From a virus, in the IMG/VR virus record IMGVR_UViG_3300034418_012737, positions 1-64,000 of that record: a DNA stretch of 64,000 nt; one strand, given 5' to 3'. Positions 49,126 to 56,759 of the stretch are shown here, one piece after another. Within the stretch, counting starts at the first letter, position 1; the number at the start of each line of letters is the position of its first letter. The notes below the pieces were generated by a model. That model worked only from the letters and a program-made list of their open reading frames with translations. It ran no database searches and was not told the origin of the DNA. A program made the position numbers and the translations under genes.

Positions 49126-49692
49126 TTAAATATTTCCAATCATTGTTTTTAAAACTTCTTTCCCTCCAATCTTACGTGAGTACCACCCGTTGCCAGGTTT
49201 TTTATTTTGGGGGTGGGCTCCATACCAAGTAATATCTTTACCGCCTAATATTGCCCTTACTTTCTCCTCATCATCAATTACAGGTACCCCACCTCTCTCG
49301 TGAAATACTCTATAAGCATCACCACTTACCTCAACATAGTTACCAGGAGATTTTAACTCACTAGTTTTTCTAGTTAAAACGTGCTTAATATGAGGTTTCT
49401 TACCATCGTGACCCATTCCAGTGTGCTTAACACCAAAAGATGTATTCTTACCAAAGTAAGTAACATCTAACTCAGGATCATCATCAATATCAGCAGCCAT
49501 CCAAAAACTTATATCAGGAGCCATAACATCTTCAGGGGAATTAATATTTAAATGTCCCCCAATTGGAGCATAAGCGGTTTGTACTAAATCAAATAGCTCT
49601 CCTTTTGCCTGTTCAAGCTCCTCCCCACTTAAAGGAACATACTCTCCTTTAGGGTAGTCTCTCTCCAGGAGTAAATCTATTAGCTTAATCAT
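49126..49692 (-). CDS. Conserved hypothetical phage protein (MIKLIDLLLE leader)
   Basis: AYAPIGGH...YSRKIGG; ATATTTAT-N4-ATG. Confidence 0.6.
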   Translation of the reverse strand: MIKLIDLLLERDYPKGEYVPLSGEELEQAKGELFDLVQTAYAPIGGHLNINSPEDVMAPDISFWMAADIDDDPELDVTYFGKNTSFGVKHTGMGHDGKKPHIKHVLTRKTSELKSPGNYVEVSGDAYRVFHERGGVPVIDDEEKVRAILGGKDITWYGAHPQNKKPGNGWYSRKIGGKEVLKTMIGNI

Positions 49693-49703
49693 GCTAATAA
49701 ATA

Positions 49704-50186
49704 TCAGTCCTCCACGAAACGTTCCATAATATCAACAAAAACATCAAGTGGGGTTCTGTGTCCCATTTTCTCAACAGGAATCACACTCAAACCATCGTAA
49801 AAGGCATCAGAAGCAACCATGTTATACGTTTCTGTAGGGTTGATAACATCATCCTCCAACCCAAGCACTACATGACCATTAACACTAAATTCACCATTCG
49901 TAACACCATAAGGTTCAAAACTACGAGAATGAACAGCTGGATTAAACAACATAACTTCAGTGTCCTCAAAGTGAGTTGCCAACTGGTGGGCAAAATATCC
50001 ACCCATACTAGAGCCAATAATCAAATCAAACTCCTCAGCAGCACACAAGTCAATCATTTCCTCAAACAACTCATTGTTATCATAATCCATAGCAGGAGCA
50101 TAACACATAAAACGATCGTTGAGGTACTTAACCTTAGAACCTCCGGGCTTGCTTTCCAAGCCATGCAAATATAATACTCTTTTCAT
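49704..50186 (-). CDS. YqiA/YcfP-type alpha/beta hydrolase (esterase)
   Basis: YLHGLES, GSSMGG nucleophile elbow, FNPA, DDV, GH. Confidence 0.88.
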   Translation of the reverse strand: MKRVLYLHGLESKPGGSKVKYLNDRFMCYAPAMDYDNNELFEEMIDLCAAEEFDLIIGSSMGGYFAHQLATHFEDTEVMLFNPAVHSRSFEPYGVTNGEFSVNGHVVLGLEDDVINPTETYNMVASDAFYDGLSVIPVEKMGHRTPLDVFVDIMERFVED

Positions 50187-50254
50187 TTTTTAACTTTCTC
50201 CAGTAACCCACTGGTAAATTAGTGACACACAAATAAATAGAAAAAGATACATCA

Positions 50255-50458
50255 TCAGTTCAAAACACTTAAAATTTCCTCCTTTGATTGAACGAACGCC
50301 TCCGTAGGCATCAAACCAATCAACTCATCACCCTCAAGCAATCCGTATATTTCACGTTCACTCTCACTCATTTCACTTAACTCACGTAACTCACGGAGCA
50401 TTTCCACAGCTTGGTCAATATCAATCTCACAAACCAAATTAAACATTAACTTATCCAT
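50255..50458 (-). CDS. Small acidic hypothetical protein
   Basis: ORF track. Confidence 0.55.
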   Translation of the reverse strand: MDKLMFNLVCEIDIDQAVEMLRELRELSEMSESEREIYGLLEGDELIGLMPTEAFVQSKEEILSVLN

Positions 50459-50838
50459 TAGAACGGCAGGTTTTCGGTTTCAACTTCAGTTTCTTTTTCC
50501 TTCATGTTCTCAGGTACCCACTCATCCACATAGGTAACCTTCACACACTTCAAATCCTCAAAATAGAGCGTTTTGGTAATCTTGGTACCAAAGAAATACG
50601 TTGTGGCAACCATTCCTTTACCATTCCTCATCAACTCAACATTTGCAACATACTGGTTCCAATCACTCAGAATACAATTTCCATACTTGCGAGTGTTCAA
50701 AATCAACGTGAACTTCTCATTATCCAAACCTCCACCACGTGGACGCTCAAACTGGATATGTGCTTCTTGAGGGTTACCTGCTTCCAACTGTTGGGCAAGA
50801 CGTTCTTGGGCGTTTTTAACTGCTTGATCCATGTTCAT
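50458..50838 (-). CDS. Hypothetical early protein; likely start MNMDQ at 50838
   Basis: The ORF-track start (50925) lies inside promoter I. Confidence 0.6.
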   Translation of the reverse strand: MNMDQAVKNAQERLAQQLEAGNPQEAHIQFERPRGGGLDNEKFTLILNTRKYGNCILSDWNQYVANVELMRNGKGMVATTYFFGTKITKTLYFEDLKCVKVTYVDEWVPENMKEKETEVETENLPF

Positions 50839-50878
50839 TTGTTTTTTGGGTTTTTTCTCGCTGTTTCTCAACACCCGA

Positions 50879-50931
50879 AATATACGAAATCCGGTTGCGG
50901 ACCCCAAATCTGCAGATGACGTCAATATGAC
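50879..50931 (-). promoter_or_regulatory. Box promoter I
   Basis: aatatacgaa at 50879; ccaaa at 50904; atgac at 50916 and 50927. Confidence 0.85.
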
Positions 50932-51326
50932 TCAACCTCTCCCAAATAACTCCTTAATGAAGTGATACACTACAACCAGTACCATAATGGGCCAAAACAC
51001 CCACAATACCAAACGTTCCCAGAAGTTAAAATTTAGGTCCATATATTTACCGAAGTGCTCCATTAGGAACCCAAAGCAAACACCAATTAATATGTATTCT
51101 AGTACGCCCATTGTATATACGGATTAGGGGAGGGGGGTGGGTAATTAAAAGCTTGCTTAATTAATACTCGTAGGAATCATCTCCATATTCATCCCAATTA
51201 TCGTTTAGTTGACGTTCGGAGACAATATCAACAAAATCATCAAACTCATCACCATACGAGTCATCGATCATATCGGGGTTAATACCTTCCTTACGGAGTT
51301 GTTCACGCAGTGCGTCTTCTTTTGGA

Positions 51327-51659
51327 TCAAAGTGCATTTCCTTTTCTTTTTTTAAATTCACGGGGGTCAATATCATCAACAAAGGCTAATTTTCCAACTT
51401 CTACATTTGACGAATTTATGACTTTATTCGTTCCATACATATAAACAGGTCCATCGTAATCTTTGTATGTGCTTGTAACATTTTCGTTGTCCTTAATATC
51501 ACCTTCCAAATGTAGGATTCTACGCTTGCCTACAAAACTTCTAAACTCATTTGGGGTAACTCGGTGCCACCTATCTAAACCCGGTGAGAACACCTCACAA
51601 CACAGCTGTTCGGGGAATGGAAACTTAAGTTTTACAGTGTTACCTTTTTTCTCAGACAT
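51327..51659 (-). CDS. Hypothetical protein
   Basis: WHRVTPNEFRSF..RRI...YDGPVY. Confidence 0.6.
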   Translation of the reverse strand: MSEKKGNTVKLKFPFPEQLCCEVFSPGLDRWHRVTPNEFRSFVGKRRILHLEGDIKDNENVTSTYKDYDGPVYMYGTNKVINSSNVEVGKLAFVDDIDPREFKKRKGNAL

Positions 51660-52183
51660 TCAATTGTTTCTTTTGCGGATGTGTGTAATATACCAATTCC
51701 TCCTTTGGATTCCCACTGTTCAATGTTATCTTTTCTATCATCAATCAAGATATGGGAAGGAGCAGCATACTTTTGCTTGTTATGGGAATAAGCCAAGTTA
51801 AGTTTAACTCCCAACTTATGATTTCTAACCCACAAACGCTTACCTAAACGTGAGTGTTCTGCTCGGGAAGGGGAAGAAAGCAACTCAACATAGAAGTTTT
51901 CAGTAATAAACTTAAATAGTTCCTTACCATCTTCCATCCAATCCATTCCTACCCAAAAACCTACACCTCTAGCATCAATAAGTTCCCAAAACTCATCTTT
52001 ACCATTTTTTTCAGTAAACTTTTTGGGACCCCAAGGATGAATTTCGCTAAACTGCTTATCAAAGTCAGTAAGCACTCCATCCATGTCACAATAAATCCTC
52101 GGCCGAAACTCTTTCGATACCATAAGTGCTTCCTCTTCGGATAGCTCCAAACTGTTCATTGTTGTAAATTGGTTTTGCTTCAT
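51632..52183 (-). CDS. HAD-superfamily 5'(3')-deoxyribonucleotidase; true start probably near 52123
   Basis: IYCDMDGVLTDF, LSSP, K..W, LIDD...N...W...GG.GI. Confidence 0.88.
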   Translation of the reverse strand: MKQNQFTTMNSLELSEEEALMVSKEFRPRIYCDMDGVLTDFDKQFSEIHPWGPKKFTEKNGKDEFWELIDARGVGFWVGMDWMEDGKELFKFITENFYVELLSSPSRAEHSRLGKRLWVRNHKLGVKLNLAYSHNKQKYAAPSHILIDDRKDNIEQWESKGGIGILHTSAKETIECLRKKVTL

Positions 52184-52471
52184 TTATATCTTCACTAAAA
52201 TATGGGTACCCTCTCCTCAACCCAGCAAACACCCTTGCATACTCATCTATTACGTAAAAGGGGCGTTTGCGTTCTTCTGCTATTTTAAGGTCGATCTCGT
52301 TCTCCCGGCGCCTCAGGTCGATGTACATAATTCTGGGATTTACGTTGGATTTCTTCTGCTATGAACCTTATTTGGAGGAGGTGGTTATATACTTCCTCTG
52401 GGATATCTTGGTAATGTCTAGCGTCTAGCTCATTAAGGTGGTTCAAGATATATTGCGCCTCCTTATAGATT

Positions 52472-52701
52472 TTATTCGTCTCCATCGAGCATCAGATTAT
52501 TGTTTTCCAAAAAATACCAGAAACGTTCGAGCCATAGGGCAATTCGTACGTCATCAATGGTGTCGTCAAATTTAGCACCTTCAGCACGAGCATCTGCTAC
52601 TTTCATAATACCAAAGTCAGCTAGGTCACGTGCTTTGTCTTCATCACCACGTGCTAGCGCTTCACGTGCATTTGCGTAACAATCAGAGACTGTCATTTTC
52701 A
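52472..52701 (-). CDS. Hypothetical early protein (start approximate)
   Basis: MKMTVSDCY...LWLERFWYFLENNNL; downstream of promoter J. Confidence 0.5.
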
Positions 52702-52825
52702 TTTTTATGTTTTGTTTTACGGGTATACTTACTTTTGTCAGTATGTACCTTATTAGAGGGTTGGCGGAAATATTTACCCTCAGGTACACTAGCGTTTATG
52801 TTTTTCCGCTTTTTCATCATGGGTA

Positions 52826-52878
52826 AAGATACGAAAGTTCCCGGCAAAAACCACATTTTCATATGACTTTAATATTAC
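52826..52878 (-). promoter_or_regulatory. Box promoter J (distal half-site degenerate)
   Basis: aagatacgaa at 52826; atgac at 52863; attac at 52874. Confidence 0.75.
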
Positions 52879-53486
52879 CAAGAATTGATAGCAGTTTTAT
52901 ATTTAATATCCTTAATAGTGGAAAGTTTCATATTGCTATATTCTAAAGCCCACTTAAAAAATATTTCACAAAACCATGAGGGGTCTATACCTGGGGGATT
53001 TCCGTTTTGGTAAAAGTGGAGATTTTTTTCTATACTACTTAAATAATCCTCAATTTTAAAAGAAAAACAATTAGTAGCAAGCCCATTACTAGGTCCCCAA
53101 CCATAAACTATAGGTTTACCTTCTTTTCCTTTTTCCATTAAATTGTTAAAGTCTTTTTCCTCAAATACTACATCATAATTTAAATGATGGATATAATCAA
53201 ACCCCAAAGATTGACATAACTTAAAACCCTTGCCAATTTGGTGGAGGTGGGCATAGCCATAATCTGGGGTACTTTTTCCATTAAAATATATTACTCTATT
53301 TGTTTTGGGGTTTTCCTTTATGTATAAAGTATAATCTACTTGAGATTGAATTTCAGTAGGCAGAGGAAAATTACCCACAAATACTATAGGTAATCCTTTA
53401 TCTTGTAAAAAAGCTAAAAGATCAAGAGCTACTTTTATCTTATTTGGTGTGTTTAAATGAGAAGTAATTAATATACAAGTGTTCAT
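52875..53486 (-). CDS. Putative glycosyltransferase-associated protein
   Basis: IHHLNYD motif; AT-rich; paired with the next ORF. Confidence 0.45.
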   Translation of the reverse strand: MNTCILITSHLNTPNKIKVALDLLAFLQDKGLPIVFVGNFPLPTEIQSQVDYTLYIKENPKTNRVIYFNGKSTPDYGYAHLHQIGKGFKLCQSLGFDYIHHLNYDVVFEEKDFNNLMEKGKEGKPIVYGWGPSNGLATNCFSFKIEDYLSSIEKNLHFYQNGNPPGIDPSWFCEIFFKWALEYSNMKLSTIKDIKYKTAINSW

Positions 53487-54277
53487 ACATACTGTTTTAA
53501 TAGATCAATATTTTTACATCCATGATATACCATTATGTCTGAAGTATTCAAAATTCTAACATCAGTCATGCCTGGGTTGTTGTACATATTCTCATATTTT
53601 TCGCCAAATTCCATTAAATGAAAATAATACTTATTATGGGTTACTACATTAGCATGACATTGACCCAAATTTAATTTTCCATTTACCCTACACAAAATTG
53701 AATTATATACTATTTCATCTCCTGCAGGGTAATTAGTGAAGTTTAATTTTTCAGTATAAGGAGAAGTTAAACACAATTTAGCCCATTTCTCAATAAAAGA
53801 TTTACTTTCCTGCCCAAAGAGAACTACATTAGTTTGAGTATAGGTAAAATCATAATTAGTTCCTAAAACATAATTTATTTTATTTACTAATCCTTTTTTC
53901 CAATTAGGTTCTAAATTACACGTATGATATGATGCTAGGGGTGTGATTAAAGTAGAAGCCTTACTTAAAAGTAAATCAGGATTAAATCTTTTTCCTATAA
54001 TATGGTCGGTATCAAGGTAAAGCATACTTTCATCTTGAAAATCCTTTAAAGCTTGTAAAAGTATAGAGGGCTTAATTCTTCTAGCATGTTCAGGTTCACT
54101 TAATATCTCTAAAGGAATATATTTGTAAGTAACTTGGGGATGAGGGCTAGATACCTCAAAATCTACAGTGTAAAGGGTAAACTGGTGTTTCTCAGTAAAC
54201 CCTAATTTTTCTGCGGATTTAATTAAATACTCATAAGGAGCATATGCTTGTTTATTACAAAAGGATATTATTCTCAT
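53483..54277 (-). CDS. Putative GT-A glycosyltransferase (nucleotide-diphospho-sugar transferase-like)
   Basis: KP.ILLQAL...LYLDTD (DxD), GDE..YN, YHG.K. Confidence 0.65.
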   Translation of the reverse strand: MRIISFCNKQAYAPYEYLIKSAEKLGFTEKHQFTLYTVDFEVSSPHPQVTYKYIPLEILSEPEHARRIKPSILLQALKDFQDESMLYLDTDHIIGKRFNPDLLLSKASTLITPLASYHTCNLEPNWKKGLVNKINYVLGTNYDFTYTQTNVVLFGQESKSFIEKWAKLCLTSPYTEKLNFTNYPAGDEIVYNSILCRVNGKLNLGQCHANVVTHNKYYFHLMEFGEKYENMYNNPGMTDVRILNTSDIMVYHGCKNIDLLKQYV

Positions 54278-54486
54278 GTTAAAGTCATTACTTCGGAATG
54301 ATGGTAAAATTTACCCCTCTTAAAATCTGCTTTTTTAATCCTACGGCCTTTACCAGCATCAGCCCTTTGTACAAAGTAATAAGGTCCTTCTCTATCATCA
54401 TAGGCTACTTGGTTAATTTCAGCAGTAACAATATAATCATTACCCTTACGTGAGTCTGGGACTCGAACTTGTTCAAACATTTTCAT
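54274..54486 (-). CDS. Hypothetical protein
   Basis: ORF track. Confidence 0.5.
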   Translation of the reverse strand: MKMFEQVRVPDSRKGNDYIVTAEINQVAYDDREGPYYFVQRADAGKGRRIKKADFKRGKFYHHSEVMTLT

Positions 54487-54505
54487 TTTATAACTTATTT
54501 AGTTG

Positions 54506-54585
54506 TACCTAAGGTGGGACTCGAACCCACAAGCCGAAGCACTAGTTCCTAAGACTAGCGTGTATACCAATTCCACCACTTAGGC
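54506..54585 (-). tRNA. tRNA-Leu(UAG)
   Basis: CTAGT-CT-TAG-GA-ACTAG; GGTTCGAGTCC. Confidence 0.95.
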
Positions 54586-54594
54586 ATATGACCC

Positions 54595-54819
54595 TTAATG
54601 GGTCATCTTAGCCTCAGGCTTAACAGCTGCAAGACTATCAAGTAGATCACTTACAGTTGTAATTGAGTCTGTATTAAAAGGTATTTCTACACCTGTAGTA
54701 TCCCATTGAAGGCTATCAGTTGCACAGCTGTCAGTCATGGGTGTGGTACAGCACTCGTCTTCGGTTCCTCCACAAGAGGTAAGAGCAACAATTGCTCCAA
54801 TAAAAAATAGTTGTTTCAT
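54595..54819 (-). CDS. Small lipoprotein
   Basis: MKQLFFIGAIVALTS-C. Confidence 0.75.
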   Translation of the reverse strand: MKQLFFIGAIVALTSCGGTEDECCTTPMTDSCATDSLQWDTTGVEIPFNTDSITTVSDLLDSLAAVKPEAKMTH

Positions 54820-54835
54820 CGTTTTATGTTTAAAA

Positions 54836-55039
54836 TTATTGAACAGGAGAAAGAGGAGTACCAGTTGTTAAATCATTTCCTGGGGTTCCGTCCATGTCTA
54901 AGGAATCCTTAGGGGGGATTGGGGGAGTAGAGTCTGCAGGGACAGCATTAGGAGGGGGTGCAGGGACTGTGTGGGGGTTATCAAATCCACAAGATGCAAG
55001 TAGGATTGTAAATCCTATAGTAAAAAATAGTTGTTTCAT
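54836..55039 (-). CDS. Small Pro-rich lipoprotein; start at 55039
   Basis: MKQLFFTIGFTILLAS-C; same N-terminus as its neighbour. Confidence 0.75.
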   Translation of the reverse strand: MKQLFFTIGFTILLASCGFDNPHTVPAPPPNAVPADSTPPIPPKDSLDMDGTPGNDLTTGTPLSPVQ

Positions 55040-55241
55040 CGTTTTGTATTTTGGTTTGTTAAAATGTACCATGGTGGTACGTCTGATTTCTTTTTTGGTA
55101 GTTTTCTAAATGTTTGTACTTCGGGATAATTATACCCTTCATGTAGTAATCTAACTGTTTTATCTTTGGTATTAATGTTAAGAACCTCTCCTTGGACCTC
55201 CTCGCCAAATAGAAAGAAATTTATAATATCTCCTACTTTCA

Positions 55242-55457
55242 TTACCAATCCCTTTGACATTGCTTACGGGGGACCCTAGCATATCTAGTACGAATCCCAT
55301 TGTTATAGGAATTACCTCTTCCACTATACCTCATATGAGAAAATTTTCCATCATTAGTAAAAACAGCAGATTGGGTTCTGCTATTGTAATAATAAGGAGA
55401 ACAACTTGACAATCCAAGGGCAATAAATAACCCCAATAAGTAACTTAAATATTTCAT
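55242..55457 (-). CDS. Small lipoprotein
   Basis: MKYLSYLLGLFIALGLSS-C. Confidence 0.7.
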   Translation of the reverse strand: MKYLSYLLGLFIALGLSSCSPYYYNSRTQSAVFTNDGKFSHMRYSGRGNSYNNGIRTRYARVPRKQCQRDW

Positions 55458-55474
55458 TTTTCAATAAATATTAG

Positions 55475-55548
55475 TAGGAGATACTGGATTCGAACCAGTG
55501 ACCTTTCGGATGTAAACCGAATGCTCTAACCAACTGAGCTAATCTCCC
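55475..55548 (-). tRNA. tRNA-Val(UAC)
   Basis: TTCGG-TT-TAC-AT-CCGAA. Confidence 0.95.
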
Positions 55549-55698
55549 AATTGCCCCAGCCAGCGCTGAGGACTTGTCCGTCTGGTATCTCGTCGGACCA
55601 CTGAGATTCTATATTCTAGGCTATAGAAAACCTAGTCTCCCATATTAGACTAAGGGTTATTATGGGGTGATGTCTGTTCCCCTCTCTGACCCCAAATG

Positions 55699-55771
55699 TA
55701 GGCCAACTGGGAATCGAACCCAGAGACATCGACTACTAGAATACTGCCATATCCGTTCGCACTTTTACCCC
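55699..55771 (-). pseudogene. Degenerate tRNA-like element (73 nt)
   Basis: Perfect T arm CTGGG-TTCGATT-CCCAG at canonical positions 49-65 and G18G19 present; acceptor stem imperfect; no paired D or anticodon stem. Confidence 0.6.
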
Positions 55772-55794
55772 TTTCCCCCTGGCAGGGGAGAAAT

Positions 55795-55871
55795 TGGAGC
55801 CACTAGCAGGATTCGAACCCGCGACCTGCTGATTACAAATCAGCTGCTCTAGCCAACTGAGCTATAGTGGC
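55795..55871 (-). tRNA. tRNA-Thr(UGU), CCA encoded
   Basis: GCTGA-TT-TGT-AA-TCAGC. Confidence 0.96.
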
Positions 55872-55891
55872 TGCATTCGCCTCACACGCTG

Positions 55892-55964
55892 TGATCCCGG
55901 TCGGGCTTGAACCGACGACCCTTCCCTTAAAAGGGGAATGCTCTACCAGCTGAGCTACGGGATC
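55892..55964 (-). tRNA. tRNA-Lys(UUU)
   Basis: TTCCC-CT-TTT-AA-GGGAA. Confidence 0.95.
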
Positions 55965-55967
55965 AAT

Positions 55968-56316
55968 AAATGAAGGAATGGGTAAAGAGTTATTCAGGCT
56001 CTTAAGCGCGACAAGCAGGCGGTTGTATTGGTAAATCATAATGGCACAAGAGGAGTGTTAAACCCGCATCCCATTAATTATTTCACTTCATGGCTGCTAA
56101 CCCCAATTGAAGTTCACAATATCGCTTAGTAGAATTTAGTTCCACTATCACACAACCACACACTAAATAAGCCCACCTCAACGGTTCTCACCTCTCACTA
56201 GCGCTTGCTAGTGAGTGAAGCTACTTATCAGCATGTGTACTTTATCCCCCTAAACAAGGGACACATTCAGTCATACCCCCCCGTGCGTGATCAGCGCGGT
56301 GGGGTTTCCTTCATTT
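55968..56316 (-). ncRNA. Candidate ~350-nt structured ncRNA of unknown class
   Basis: 11-bp terminal helix, multiple internal helices and a candidate pseudoknot; fills the gap between tRNA-Ile and tRNA-Lys. Strand inferred from the flanking tRNAs and G-U-compatible pairing. Confidence 0.7.
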
Positions 56317-56317
56317 G

Positions 56318-56391
56318 TAGGAACGGCAGGAATCGAACCTGCGACCTCCAAGATATAAGCTTGATGCTCTAACCAATTGAGCTACGTTCCC
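56318..56391 (-). tRNA. tRNA-Ile(UAU)
   Basis: TCAAG-CT-TAT-AT-CTTGG; canonical D and T arms. Confidence 0.9.
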
Positions 56392-56465
56392 ATATTGGTG
56401 CGTCATTTTATTACGCAGTGACGTCATCAGCGAATGCTATTTATTTCAGTATGTAAAGAACCTAG

Positions 56466-56539
56466 TACTCCCTACAGGAGTCGAACCTGTGACCCACAGC
56501 TTAGAAGGCTGTTGCTCTATCCAGCTGAGCTAAGGGAGC
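56466..56539 (-). tRNA. tRNA-Arg(UCU)
   Basis: ACAGC-CT-TCT-AA-GCTGT. Confidence 0.95.
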
Positions 56540-56547
56540 ATATTTTG

Positions 56548-56632
56548 TAGCGCTGGGGGGACTCGAACCCCCACGGACCTACGGTCCAACAGATTTTAAG
56601 TCTGTCGTGTCTACCACTTCCACCACAGCGCC
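56548..56632 (-). tRNA. tRNA-Leu(UAA)
   Basis: ACAGA-CT-TAA-AA-TCTGT; long variable arm. Confidence 0.95.
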
Positions 56633-56759
56633 ATATTTTTATTTTTTAATGTACTTAAAGTAATTGTAAATATTGATAGGAATACAAACCCCAACCACAA
56701 CTACATAAATAATAATCCAAACCTGATCTGTCATTTCTCTGCCTTAACTTTACCCCATG

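Noticed and set aside
55560-55610. Hammerhead ribozyme at CTGAGGA (+ strand)
   Set aside because: No correctly placed GAAA after a stem II.
55667-56039. ORFs 55667..55852(+) and 55833..56039(-), and likewise 23691..23900(+)
   Set aside because: They overlap clear tRNA genes and structured RNA.
55968-56316. tmRNA, RNase P RNA or group I intron identity for the 350-nt element
   Set aside because: No tRNA-Ala-like ends or T-loop, no GAGGAAAGUCC P4 signature, and it does not interrupt a gene. Left unclassified.
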